A stretch of 64,000 nucleotides of DNA from Lingula anatina (taxonomy: Eukaryota > Animalia > Brachiopoda), in NCBI GenBank assembly GCA_051362555.1, contig CM120647.1:14670651-14734650 (forward strand), written 5' to 3'. Positions 26,501 through 39,950 of the stretch are shown here, piece after piece (within the stretch, counting starts at the first letter, position 1; every line of letters starts with the position of its first letter). Under the pieces are notes generated by a model that searched no databases, was not told the origin of the DNA, and worked only from the letters and a program-made list of their open reading frames with translations. The position numbers and the translations under genes are program-made.

Positions 26501-27856
26501 CTCCCTTATTGAACATGTGCATCAAGTAAGGCTGGATGCACCTGCTTTGTCACTTGTAAAGTCTGGACGTACCATACAAGTTTGTATTGTGTATGTGATA
26601 CCTAATTTCAGTGTGCATCCCAGACAAATATTCAGAACGAATTCCAACCAATCGCATCTTTCCTTGCATGTGACCTAGGCATGTCCTCAGTGAAATTGAA
26701 GGCTTCATGTCCTTGTCGTGTTGTTATACCACAGTGCAGTGGATGGGGTTTCAAAGCGAAGCATATTAGACTGATGTTTTTGCTGCACTTGAGGCAAAAG
26801 GAAATTAATAAGTTATTTACGTTCATATTGTAATGCTTCTGGTAGGTTATTTTATTTCAATTATGTCAGCTTCAACAACTCTAAAAACCGCCTTGTCTCA
26901 ATAAAACGTTGACAAAAGAAGTTAACTTCTAGACTGCTTTTTCCGCTGAGAAACCTTCAATACAATTACTTGAAAAACCAGAGTTTAATTCCCGATTGCT
27001 CTTTGTTCTTAAGTACGCAAGTTTAACTTTGGCATATCAGCTCCTTGCAATTAAATGTCGTATATTTGTGACCACATCAATGGCAGGGATTCCATCAAAT
27101 TTGCTCAATACCTAGACCAACCCAAACTGTGTGCATGGAAGCGTTGTTAACAACCCCCCCCCCTTGCTGCCGCTGGAAGACCAAAATAAGCAGAGTTCCC
27201 AGCGGCATTTAATCGCACAATTTCTGCGATTCACCGCGTGCAGCTTTCCTCGCAATTTTAATTGTCATCTTTCCGAGATAATACTATAATAGGTACCAGT
27301 TTCCCCCTTTAGGAAATTAAAGGCATATTGGAAATGACATTTTTTGTTGGTTCTTTGATAGGACATCCAACTTACAATAGCGGAAGAAGGGTAACAATCT
27401 TTACAGACAGGAAAGTCACCTTATGGGATAATCCACGAAGGAAATTAAGTGCCTTCGTAAAAAAAAGGCGCATCCAGCACCAGCACCTTAACCTTATTTA
27501 ATGACACAGCTGGGTATTTTCCGCTGCGTTCTTTTTTAACTGCTTACATTATGACATTAACGGTACGGAGCCAGCGGGGAGTTCCTGTTGTTAGAATGAG
27601 CTTAATGTTGGTCTTTGATGCACTATACAATTAAACGTTCGCCCTTTCCGTGGAGTTTTGATTTCTTTGTTTGTGGCAATAACGTGTACCGGTATTTCAT
27701 GATCGAGAGTAGAATTAGTAGGATTGTTATTCCCAATTGGCATTTAAACCTAACGCATTCTGGTGTTAACTTTTTTTTCAAACTTGCTTAAGGCCATTTG
27801 CGTTGCTCATGTAAATATCAATTTGTGATTTATTATATTATTTGAATAAATCCCGA

Positions 27857-28077
27857 TGTGACGACCCGATATGTCCGACAGGCCAGATATGTCCTACGAC
27901 CAGAGAAGGCCAGATATGTTGTCGGACATATCTGGCCTGTCGGACACATCTGTCTCTTTTTTTTTTGGTCGGACATATCTGGCCTGCCGGACACATCTGG
28001 CTCTTTTCTGTCAGACATATCTGGCCTTCTCTGGTCGTAGGACATATCTGGCCTGTCGGACATATCGGGTCGTCACA
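27857..28077. mobile_element. Foldback-type element built from ggccagatatgtcc subrepeats, TGT...ACA termini
   Basis: About 63-bp perfect TIR (tgtgacgacccgatatgtccgacaggccagatatgtcctacgaccagagaaggccagatatgt); direct flanks tcccga / tcccgg. Confidence 0.85.
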
Positions 28078-29077
28078 TCCCGGTCAAGCTCTCCCCTCTT
28101 TCAGTGATGGTCTGCTTACAGAGCATTGACTACTCTGATGAGACTAAATGTTCCCTTAATAAATGCAACTTTGCGCTTGGATAATTTTTTAATGATCTGA
28201 TACGAAATTCGCTGATTCTAGATGTTGGTGAAGTTGGTTTTTATGATAAGCTTATAGCATTAGGGAAATCAGTACTGCACTTAGACTCCATCACCCTTGT
28301 TTTAAAAGAGTAAATTGTTTAGAACTTACAAAGTAGGATGCGTTTAAAAAGTAAATTTACCGACAGGAAATTGCCTACTAGCTAGTATTGTACGTGCTAA
28401 AGTGCAAGTATTTTGCGTGTTTGTTCAAAGATCTAGTTTACTGGGGTGACTTCAAAGTTAAGGGTTAAATCGTTTTTGTGCACCCGATGGGAAATTAACA
28501 CCAATAGATGTGTCAGCTCTGTGTTATGCGGTAAGTGTGGGAAGCAACTGCATTATTGAGCTTGTTGCAGAGAATTACTAGCAGTGTCTCAAGCGTGCAG
28601 AATCTAACCGTTAGCAAAATCGAAATTTGTGTCGGTTAATTTAATTCTAAGGTATCTTCTTAAATTGAACTATTGCATTACGTATGTCTTTTAAATATAG
28701 ATGAATGCAAACGAATACTCAGTGTGGTGTTAGTGTATTTTATTTTAAAATTTTATCCTGTTTAGTATGTTTGTCAATTTGAGTAAAGTGGGTTGCGTTA
28801 TTTACACGTTAATGATAACATTTGGCCATACACTTAAACTAACAACATGATAACTTCATCAGGCAAGGAAGCTTTACTGGTTTTAAAGACATTGCTGATG
28901 TGTAAATTCAGCAGTTTATCTGTCTTAATGTCGACTCCAACTCCGGATTAAGGAACGACCCCAGATAATGGAACGAACACAGTGTTTCACCCTTTTTCCT
29001 AGCATGCAGTGTATAATCCCACCTTGCCATTGGATACGGTGAAGCAGATGCTTCACACGTCCATTGCAATGGTCAAT

Positions 29078-29388
29078 GGGATAATAACTCTTCGTTTCGG
29101 TCAAAAAATGAATTTTCCTGGAGTAAACAACAATTTTCCCATACTTACCAATGGTTAATGAATCCATTTTTACATTCAAAGTTAGTCCCTGGTTTTTTTC
29201 TAAAAAGTTTGTTTTTTTGTTAAAATCTCTTAAAGGGATAATAACTCTTCGTATGAGATCTATATTTCACAATAAAAACCTTGTGAATAACTCATAGAAA
29301 TATCATATATTCTGTTTTACCACAAAAACAGCAGTTATAGCTATTATTCTGATATCTGAGCTTGTCTTTAGACCACGTGACCTCCATT
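29078..29388. mobile_element. Rearranged copy of the 9109-9448 Kolobok-like MITE
   Basis: 29078-29230 matches 9110-9263 directly; 29234-29388 is the reverse complement of 9293-9448. Confidence 0.85.
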
Positions 29389-29441
29389 CATTCAATAACT
29401 GGAGTAGGAGTGTACGTTATGTAATGCCTCCCCCCAAAAAA

Positions 29442-29483
<42 letters not shown>

Positions 29484-31313
29484 ATTAATAAATAAATAAA
29501 TAAATAAATAAATAAAATGAAAAAAATGATTGTGGTCAACGCTGGCATCTTACGAAACTTGTCATATCAGAACCCTAGACATTTTCACGTGCACGAGTTC
29601 CGCACGTGCACCAGCACCGTACAGAATATTCCACGCTATAAAACGAACTGCGTCTAAGGCGGAAGGAAGTCCCAAACGGAAACCAACCAGGGGTTTCTAT
29701 CTCGTCCACATTGTCTTGAATTATTAAGACATGTTAATAGCTGACACTGCCAGCATCTTAAGTAAAAGATAGACAAGATAATGGATGATAATGGGTTTTT
29801 TTGTCATGAATTACACCCAAGCATAGGAGAATCTTCAAAAGAAACGGATGTCCTTTCCAGTTGCACCCTGCGGCAGTTGCTGACGTTCTTTACTTAGTAC
29901 AAGAGGAAGGACGGCATGGCCTAAAACAACACACGCCGGTGATGAGGAATACTATCTTGTCCACATGAAAGTCTACGAATTGTTAAAACCTTGGGTTTTG
30001 TATCGGATAAAGTTAAGAGAGAGATTCAAATGTGAATGGGCCACATCTTTTCATTTATATCGCACGCACACTTTTAATTAGAACTGGATACATACATATG
30101 GCCCGGTGCTAAAGTTTTGATTTGTAGTCACGGGTGGCGAACCCTTCTACTGGTACTTACTTTTGTGACCAACCGAGGTAAAATACACGTGACTGTACTG
30201 TGACGAACTTATATAATATAATGGTAAAAATTGCATCGTTTTTTTGTGTGTTTTGTAGACTAAACATGATATTTCCCTATTAGACATGGCTTTTGATCTT
30301 TTCTCAAAGGGCCCTCATCATGTGACCGACTCGTTGATTCTGGTATCGTCATTACGCAAGAGGAAATGGAAAATCTATTTCACCGTCTGTAAATTAAGCT
30401 TTTAGTTTGCTGTGAGTAGAACAATCATAGCCTACTAAAATAGGCCTCCATGTACATATATGTAAATATAGCTGGTTGTTTGCCATGAATAGAAAAAAAT
30501 AGTCTGCCAAAATTAGACCTACATGTCTGTAAACGCATGTCAAAATCGTTTCCGCAATTTTCCTTTGTCCAGACCGAACAACTCATAATTCCATTACGAT
30601 CCGCCTCATTTGGAACCCAAATTAACGGTGCTTAAGCGTAATCTCATGAACCGGGATAGTGATTTCTTATTCATTTCATCTCTGAAATAGACACGTTCAT
30701 CTTTGGGTAATTATGGAAAGCTTCTCAGTCAAAGAATTGTACAAAGACTGGATATCCTTTGTTCTACATGAATTTCACTTTCTAATTTGGCAATTTCCTT
30801 GCATCTTAGACTTCCATCACTGACGCAGCATGGTTTCTACTTGTATGTGTTTGGTAAGAAATGAATCTTTGATGTTTCTCTATTAATCGAACGGTATGGT
30901 TTCTTCATGTACGTGTTTAATAAAAATGAATCTTTGACGATTCTCATTTTTTGAACGTAGCTCATCATTTACAAACGAATGCGTTTATCAGCTGAGTAAA
31001 TTCAGGTACATGCGCCGTGTATATGGCTTCCTCCATAACTCGGAGAGTAAGAAATACGCAATTTTGGAACGATCTATGGGGTTATTGAGCTGCATAATGC
31101 TCAGCTGCCGCTTGTCATGAACAAAATGTTCAACTGCATTATGATATGGTCATGAGCAAGGGACATTTAAGGAATTACAATTTTGCTTGTGCATGTATAG
31201 TGTCCACTCTTGTCACTAGTACATGGTTTGCTATCTCTTGACATTTGATCGGTTTGAGTTTAATCTCAACATTATACCAAACAAACAACTTCCGTTGAGC
31301 GTAGTGCTGTATA

Positions 31314-31900
31314 TAATAATAATAATAATAATTTATTGGCACAATAAAGGAATTGCATTTATATACTAAATAAATACAGCATGTTATATAAAATATACTT
31401 GTGGAGAACACACATTTTAACACTTATTTGACATTTGTAATTTACTTTTTTGAAATTTGTTAAGAGTTTTGTATATTAATGTTGCCTTATTCACAATTTT
31501 TACTGTGGCACTCGCACCGTGCGTAGAGAGCATGGAAAGCTGCCTCCCATTGTCTGTTAGACAATGCAAATTTACCTCCAGTAAACAGTAATTCTCTCTC
31601 GACTTCATGCCCGCTGCACTGACGAAAGTAATGCATCTCATCATCCATCCTGTCACAGTGGGGACATTTCTGTTTGACGCTGGTTTCGCTTTCATGCGAT
31701 CTGTAAGTCATTTACACTGTTCCTCATTTTTGCCAAAACCATTTGTGGGTTAGTAGGACATTGACTTTTAAATTTATTTCAGACTCACAATACTTTTTCA
31801 AAATGATTCTGTATGTTCTTTGAGTTCTGTATGAGTTTGTTATTTCATCTCTGTGCAATTCCTCCCAAAGACCTAGGGCTTGGTTTATTGTTTCTGTACA
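31314..31900 (-). mobile_element. 3' end remnant of a non-LTR retrotransposon
   Basis: Minus-strand peptide KCPHCDRMDDEMHYFRQCSGHEVERELL matches the C-x2-C..E.H....C knuckle at the C-terminus of LINE ORF2; a (TTA)n tract follows at 31314-31332. Confidence 0.6.
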
Positions 31901-33181
31901 TTGTGTTAATTGTCAATATGACAGCCATTTGTGTTGGAAGTTTTGTTGTCTCCAACAAAAAAGCAAACTTGGATGTTTCCCAAAACCAGTAATTCCCCCT
32001 TTCTGTTTTCTTCTCTGGTTTATTGTTGCATGTTTTCTTTACAGTCCTTTAGTCGGGCGATTATTCAACCTTGCACCGTATCTCAACAATAATGTACATG
32101 TAACGATGTCTGTGTATAAAGGGAAGTAATCAAGGTCTACATGGCAGGCATTACTGCTGGCTGGCTTTCTGACACCAAGTACACATTTGCACATCTGCAC
32201 ATGTAGGTGCATGTGTCAATAGATCATTTTGTTTATTTTCCTCATATATTCTTTTTCTCTTTAAAATTTTGTTGAGCCCAAATTTGGCATCCGTATAACA
32301 GCTGAATCAGAACCAAAACTTTACATGTACGCCAGACATCCGGTGTAAATTGCACTGAGACGCATAAGGAGTATGGTATACAAGAACCAAACCAATCTTC
32401 AGTTATATTATATTCTAAAGAAGAAACGGAAATGGGATCTTTGAAAAAAGTCTGGCTCCCGTTTCAACAAGAATCTTAAATCCATAGTTGACTAGGATAT
32501 GTGCATGTGTTCACGTAACGTTGGTAACTAAGACGTTCGCCACGGAACTGATTTTAGTTTTTTGATCAATCTGGGCCTGCTTTTCAGGCAATTTAAGTCG
32601 AACAGCAAAGCATTTTTTATCATTTAAGCTGTATTGGTTTCATTCTTTTATATTTTATATATCTCATTTAATCCCTAGTATACCAGTGTGTAAAACAGGA
32701 GTAGAATTATGATTCCTTTTCTTATAGATACATACATTAAGGGGGTTATTTTCAATTTTTTAATCAAGGCAAAAGTACTCTTGTACTCTTATGAACATAA
32801 CATGTAATACATAGCTTTCCTTTCTGGATCGGACACAAATGAATGAATAGATCGCATAGAAAGTCCTGAGGGCAGAGAAGTATGGTGTGGTGATAACTAA
32901 CGGCGATATAGATACATAAATCAAAACAATTGTAATCAATATGTTGCCTCGATCACCATGGTTGTTAAGTGGTTTATTGTGCTGTTCATTAATACGATAA
33001 TTAAAGTACTTTTTCCAATGTATCATTTCGAAGGAAATTAATACACACTCACGTATATCGGTGGTAGTGGAGTTTTATAGGAATGCTTCTTAGTGTCATT
33101 TTTACACCACAAAAGACAACGACATTCACATCCTAGATACTGCTATTGGTCACTTGGTAGAGGAAAAAGGTATATGATGAT

Positions 33182-33212
<31 letters not shown>

Positions 33213-34735
33213 AACGATGGACTTAACACTGATCAGTGTTCAGATTATCCCTGATAATCACATTTGAGATCAGTCAGTATTTGCATTCGTATAATAACTC
33301 ACGTGGTGATGTGACCAACAATAGAAAGAAAAAAAAATTTTTCTTTCAGAATAAACTTCAGGGTCTGGAAAAGAGAAGCTTCTGGGTACTATTTTAATCA
33401 AGAAAAAATATATGTTCAGGTCCACAAAGCAAACTTGATTGGAAAGGATAATTGACAGTTGTAGTTTTTATCATTTGATAATCGCTGTCTTCAGTCCCAT
33501 GTTAAGCCGATATGATTAGTCTGCCATTAAGATACCGCGTTCAAGCGGGATATATCATTCTACTTCAGTGAATCGTTTTGCCAATGTTAACTTAGCCCCT
33601 CATGGTCGTTTTTTTCCTTGTTCACGAACGCAGTGAAACGCGAGAGATAGTACGGTTCCTCAGTGAATCAACACTTCATTTCGTGCGTATATAATCGATT
33701 ACTGTGAGTGGAATACCAACTGTAGAAAAAAGGGTGATCTTCCCGAGTAGTCATCGTTTTCTTTTATTGCCACAAGAATAAAAAAGCCTTTTTTGTGTGT
33801 AGAAAGGTTGTCTAAAGGGATGAAGTAATTGCACTTAGCATTTATTCAAATGATTCAAATCCACCGATAGTTAGGTCGGGAGAGGTCCTCATCCACAGAA
33901 TCAGAACTTTGATCGAAATTTTATGCTTATGCCATTTTTCACGATGGAACAACTAAGAGGTCAAAAAGATGTATCTTTCTGCTGAAAAAAATGAGTCTCT
34001 CAAATCTGAACTCACCGTTTCCATGCCAGAACAACATGGGCGTTTTGCACACGGCACAGTCAATTCTTTCAAGCAGGTCCTCCGTGATAATAACGGCCTT
34101 TTAAAGATGTCTTATAAGTACGGATGGAAATAATGATTAAGAACAATACAAAATATTTGTATACCACACATGCACATCACACAAGCACCCTTTTCTTCCG
34201 CGATAGAAAGGGAATTCTAGTTAAGTTTCAAATTAGTATAACGGTTTTGATCTACAATAAAATTCCATCTTCTAATAAAGGCTAAGAAAAAAGTACGTGG
34301 AATTGCTTCAAACTGGACTCTCTCAGCCTGGCTTCATATTTGAACTTAAGCCCAAATATTGGTTTAACTGGCATTTTGTATTGTGGCGTACTTAAATGAA
34401 ATTAAAGATGACTTGAAAGACGTCCACATAAATACAGAATTAGTCTGAAATAACCATGCAGTTTATACTTTGATATAAGGCGGAATATTTCACTTTATTT
34501 TGAACAAAGAAAATTAAATTCGGTCAAAAATTTTAGATCAATTTTTTTTTTCAGGCCAAAAGCTTCTGCTGATACCGTTTCTTGATTTTTTAAACGATTC
34601 ATCGCAAAAAGTGCAAACAAGTGTTGAAGTGCAATTTTATACAGGCGCGACAGGAACAGAAGTCCTAGAAAGTGAAGATTGGACTCCCATATGATTAGTA
34701 GAGGCTAGGGTTAGTTGGAGTATAAGGGTTGGTAA

Positions 34736-35848
34736 GGGCCCCTTTACACTGGACGGCGTCCTCTCTGCGTCTCTACTGCGTTCAAAAATGTGGTCAGGAC
34801 GCTCAACGGTCGTCAAAGCAATTAAATCGTGTCTCAGTGTAAAGGCGTCTGCGTCCCTTGTGCGTCCTTTGAACGGCCGAATCTTGATTTTACCTGTAAA
34901 ACTGCGAGCAACCCGCCTGCCTCCACTGTACTTCCCCTGTGCAACCCATGCGATGTTTTCAAGAGCGACAACTGAGCATTCTTGCTGCGTTCTCTGTACC
35001 TTCATCGGTGATCAGTGGCGTCTATTCTACGATCATTCTGCATCCTGCTTGACCGATGAGCGTTGTTTGGGCGTCCTTCTCTATATTCTAACTCATATTT
35101 TTTCATCGGTTCTGACCAGGTCATCCAATAAAGAACATTTCCAGTACACAAAACAAATAAATGGGAATAAACGCTTTAAACTATAGTGATGCAAGATCTG
35201 CATGGACTGATAATCAGCCAGATGCTCATTGTTATCCTTATAAGAAGGATGGACAGACGCCGAAAACGAGAAAGTATGACTGACACAACATAGAATGTTG
35301 GAATCCGTTTTCAAATGACGCATTCTGTAAAAAGTTCTGACAATTAATGCATCTTGTAAAAAAGGCAAATTGTTCGTTTTATAATAACCTAAAAAATGGA
35401 TTGTTTCATGAATTTTAGGAGAAAAAAACAATCGGAGGCTGATATGAGACCACTGTTGCCCTTTGATTCCCCGTTTACGAGTGAAAAAAAAAATGTTCTA
35501 CGTGCCGAACACTGGACGATCTTTGAGTTTTCATTCTGCAACCAAAGCGATGCTTGTGCCTCCTTTCTACGACCGCGGCGTTGCTTGTGCGTCCTCTCTG
35601 CGACCACGGCGATGCTTGTGCGTCCTTTCTGCGTCCATTGAGCGACCATCCTCCATCGCGTTCTCTCTGCGATTGTTTTGAACATGCTCAAAACTTCGCG
35701 GCGTCCATGGCGTCCTCGGCGATGCTTGAGCGTTCTTTGTGTGACCTCGGCGATCACTGTGCGTTCTTTGAGCGTCCAACGGCGTCCTGGCCAGTTTCAT
35801 GGTCGCAGAAAGAACGCAGAAAGGACGCCGTCCAGTGTAAAAGGGGTT
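34736..35848. mobile_element. Non-autonomous PIF/Harbinger element (~1.1 kb)
   Basis: TIRs gggccctttacactggacggcgtcct.tctgcgt / acgcagaaaggacgccgtccagtgtaaaaggggtt, TSD taa, GC-rich subterminal repeats (tgcgtcct, gaccacggcgatgcttgtg). Confidence 0.85.
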
Positions 35849-38800
35849 TAAGGGATGGACGAATGGCACCTGTTCAAAGTAATGGGAAACGGACTTGCGA
35901 CTTGCCTTCCTGTTACACCAGTTCAATATACTGGCCTAAGCTTACATATTGCTAGCTAGTAGCCTAGGGCTTTGCCGCAAAATTTTCTTTAAACGAAAAC
36001 ATCCGTTCCGTGTCAAACTGATGGAAAGGGTGAGAACGAAAAACAACGCCTTTAGATTACCAGCCTTAGATTACAGTCTTCCAGGAAAGCAAGCATGCGC
36101 AGAGTGAGTTTTAATCATCCTATTTTTATAACTATCACGTTCAATTCTTTCAAATGCAAATGCAAGCAGCCGTAAAAGCACTTGCACTTACACAGTTACA
36201 CAGTTTTGACATGCATTTCATGCACGGGTAATTTGATAGCTTTTCATAAAACGTCTGTCTAGAATTTCGCGTTAGGAGTCGTGTCTTGAAATTCGCCTTG
36301 CTTGGGTGAAAATAACAACCGTGTTATAATTCCTTTTCTTAGCAGGTAGGCTATTTTATGTCCTGTCTGCTTTCTGAATAGTTTTTCAGCAATTAGTACT
36401 CCACTGAATGACCAAAGTTGCAGGTCACCACAACAATAAGGTCGCGCGTCAAGGTTATTTTCAGTTGCACCCTGGATTACGCACGCTTGCTCCGCAAGGT
36501 GTCGCCTGTGGTCGGGGGGCATCACAGCCCATATGGTTACTGTGGTGAAGGTGACAGGTACTTCCAAACATTTTTTCATAACTGTCATTTTTCCTTATTC
36601 TATTCATGAATTTGATATTTACGGCAATTGAAAATGTGACACCGGCAAAAGTGAATCTAGGTGCGTTGACAGGCCGCACAGGTGTCCCCAATTAACCGCC
36701 GCCAGAGAAGAGACCCCAAGCATTAAACAACACAACCGGTAGATATTGGAAATTTGGAGAAAGTTAAGCAACTGAGGCTTTATTAGATTTGGACAGAAAT
36801 CGGGGGTAATGCCTAGTGACATGCCAAACCCCTAAGTTCAAGTCTTGGCCCTTGACACCTGTAACGCACCCCTTAGTCAAGAATCTGAACAAATCAATGT
36901 TGGGCAGGTACAGGGTATACTCTATTTTCTACAGGTGTTTTGTGATTTTATCAACTTGATTGTCAAGTGCCAGACCTTTTGTTCTCAGGTACTAGTAGCA
37001 AACTTTATCAGATAACAATCTGACACTAACCAAGCTGCACTAACAGCGCTGTAAACCCAGTTATCAATGCTGTCATCTTTACCTGTATCTTTACCGGTAT
37101 TATGCCAGTGGTACGTTTGATACATTTGAGTAAGGAAATATGCTTTTATGCTTACATTCATTTGTAATACGTTAGCATCAACCTGTTAATAAAAACTTGG
37201 AAACATTCAATGTTATTACACAATAACAGTATAATGATGGGAGATGTTATGATTAAATGCTTAGAAGAATAATAAAAACAAATTATGTGAAATATAAAAT
37301 GAATTGATTTTATTTGGGTTATTTGTTTATTTATTTCAAACCAATTAATTATCAAACATGAAGCTTATTTTAAGAAACATTCGCAGATATATGAAATAAA
37401 ACCCTGCTGGTACACAGATCTACAGTTCTAAAATGCAAATACCAAGTACCTTTCACACACCACTGATGAGATGTAAATAATCATATGTATAAAGTAGTAA
37501 AAATATCACAAAATGTGTGTAAGCAAGATATTTCTACAAGTAACCTCATTAATCAGTCAGGAAACTTCATAATGCACCCAATAAATGTAGAAATTTGCCA
37601 CAAAATAAGTTGATTTGTACTTGGTAGCCTGAGAAATAGTATCAGGTATTAATTTGAGCAGTAAATTGAGTAATAATACCACAGAGTTAACAATGACACA
37701 AGCATATGGTGTTGTGTAACAAAATTCATGCATTACATGTACTTGCTGTGGCAGTGTCCTCCCCAACCTATCGTGCACCGCAGGTTTTGATTTTCAATGT
37801 CATCAAAAATGTTTATTGTTGTTAGTTTGATTTACGTATCTGCTATTCAAATAATATCGTTTGGAAAATAACTAACTGATTTAATTATGCTTTTGCAACA
37901 TGAAATCATCATAAACTTTGCCGGTTCACGTGTATACAGTACCTTGCTATCAGTGCTGCTCTTTTCTCCCTAACTCGTCACTGACAGGCTAACCACATCG
38001 TTTCAAAACAACGTTGGTATGCTCCTTTACTTTTGGTGTTGGCAGTTTCGCCCCGGGGACATCGTTTTTGGTTAAAAACAACGTATCGTTTTCACCCATC
38101 TATACACTGCTCCTGTACAAAATGGCCGCTTGCTGCCCCCCCAAGGGAAAAATCGTAGCACGTGGGTAGTTACGCAAGACCTGTGACGTATAACGCGCGC
38201 AAGGTTATTCAATGCAAGGGTCAGATCATTTTAGACAATCTACGAAATGGGCCGCCGCATCCCATCAGATAAAGTAAACCACTTAGCTGCTTCCATTAAA
38301 ATGCCGGCAGATACAAACCCTTTCAAACAGATCGCCGGATGAAGCTCTCTTTGACAAAGCACTTATATGGAATACATCTAGGACGTACGCGGACATTTCA
38401 TGAAAAGGCTATTGTTAGTTTAGACTAGGCCGTCGTCGCTTTTTGCTCAGAAATACTTATCTGCGAATCCGTAAATACCACAAGCGATCGCATGTTCATA
38501 TGGCATAAAGCTGCGGTATGGGCCTACGCCGCGTTTTCAAATTCTTTCATCTCGATCTTTTTGTCTCACTTGCGCGTGCGTTAATCGTGGTTTTCTTTTC
38601 TCGGCCACTAAAAGGATGACGCTGAAAAGGGCAGGCTGTATCCAGAAAGGATGAAAATGTCACTGACCCAATAAAGAACTGAACAAGCATATAAATGTCG
38701 CACAATCCGGCGCATTTTGAAACCTTTATTAAGTAAGTGATCAGTACGGCTTTAATTTTTTTTCTTCAATCGACATCAATATACACGCCAATTTCTTCCG

Positions 38801-38925
38801 AAAAAAAGACAATGCTTTAAGTCTGGAACTACTAGGAATAAAACCGGAAATGACCTCGGTTTACAACATGTAAGAATACGATGTTCAGTAAGATTTATTC
38901 CACGACATACATACCAAGACTCCGG

Positions 38926-39091
38926 TGTAACGAAACTGAGGGTCCATGTAACAGAAAGTCCGCCCTCCATATAGTTATAATGGAAAGGGTTAGTCTAACC
39001 TAAGTGGGTCAAAATCTAGAGCAAGCTCACCTGTACAAATGGATTCTCTATCATGGACTCTCTATCATGGGGGACTCACTGTCACGTTACA
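38926..39091. mobile_element. Non-autonomous Ginger1-like element, copy 2
   Basis: CCGG-TGTAACG...CGTTACA-CCGG: perfect CCGG TSD and TGT/ACA ends. Confidence 0.75.
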
Positions 39092-39099
39092 CCGGCAAT

Positions 39100-39200
39100 C
39101 ACAGAACGATTTCAAACGTTACCATCACGTTATCATAACATTTTCTGGTTATATAAACGTTATGGTAGCGTTCTAATGTTCTGATTTCATGTTTGCTGGG
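39100..39200. mobile_element. Terminal fragment of a CMC-EnSpm-like element
   Basis: (a)acgtt subterminal repeats ending in tgtttgctggg (reverse complement cccagcaaaca); partner end not found. Confidence 0.45.
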
Positions 39201-39840
39201 ACTAGTTGATCGGCGCAGTAGTTGTTATAAAGTGCGCTTCTTAAGGGTTTTGAAACAAGATTTTATCATGAAAATTGGCAGAGTTGACCACAAGTGTATG
39301 GACTACAATATCGTGCCGTCATTTTGGTTTATATTTTTTGTTATGGAGTAATGGGCCACTAATTATATATTTTCATTAAACAATGGTATTATTTTGCTTT
39401 ATCAACGCCAAAATCTGAACTAAGAATTTTCAGAAAATTCGCTGGCGGGGTTTTGCAGTTCTAAAAATTATAAATTTAAAAATCAGTGTTGAAACGGTGA
39501 TCATGGGTGCTTAGGTAAAAGAGAAATTTGAGAAACCGATATTTCAGTTTTAACCCCATAATGGCAATAATGACGTCACCCGTAAGATGACATATGTGTT
39601 CATGTTAATTAATTTAGTCACTGAAGACTGAATATTTATCTATTACCCCAAAATATATATATATAAGGCAGTGAATAGGGAGTTTTGGGCAATGGTGGCA
39701 ATATCCGACCCTAGGTTCTAGATTTCAGTTTAGCCAGCTCGATCTTGATTTCATATATAACCAATATCAGCAAAAATGACTCTAGCGACTACCGTCAACT
39801 TGGAGGCGTTCTTCGGCAAAATTCTGCCTGGGGCACTTCC

Positions 39841-39950
39841 ATATTTGGAAGTCACAAGTTTCGTACGTCACAGCTGTGTCCGCCTGGAGCTTCCATAATT
39901 GGAAGTCACAAGTTTTGTACGTCACAGCTCTGTGCCACCTGAAGCTGCCT
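39841..39950. repeat. Tandem duplication, ~55-bp unit
   Basis: ttggaagtcacaagttt(c/t)gtacgtcacagct occurs twice. Confidence 0.85.

Noticed and set aside
27833-28129. Repetitive MSDRPDMS ORFs on both strands
   Set aside because: Translation artefacts of the palindromic repeat element
35389-35955. Overlapping 70-130 aa ORFs
   Set aside because: Arise from GC-rich subterminal repeats of the Harbinger element; no transposase motifs
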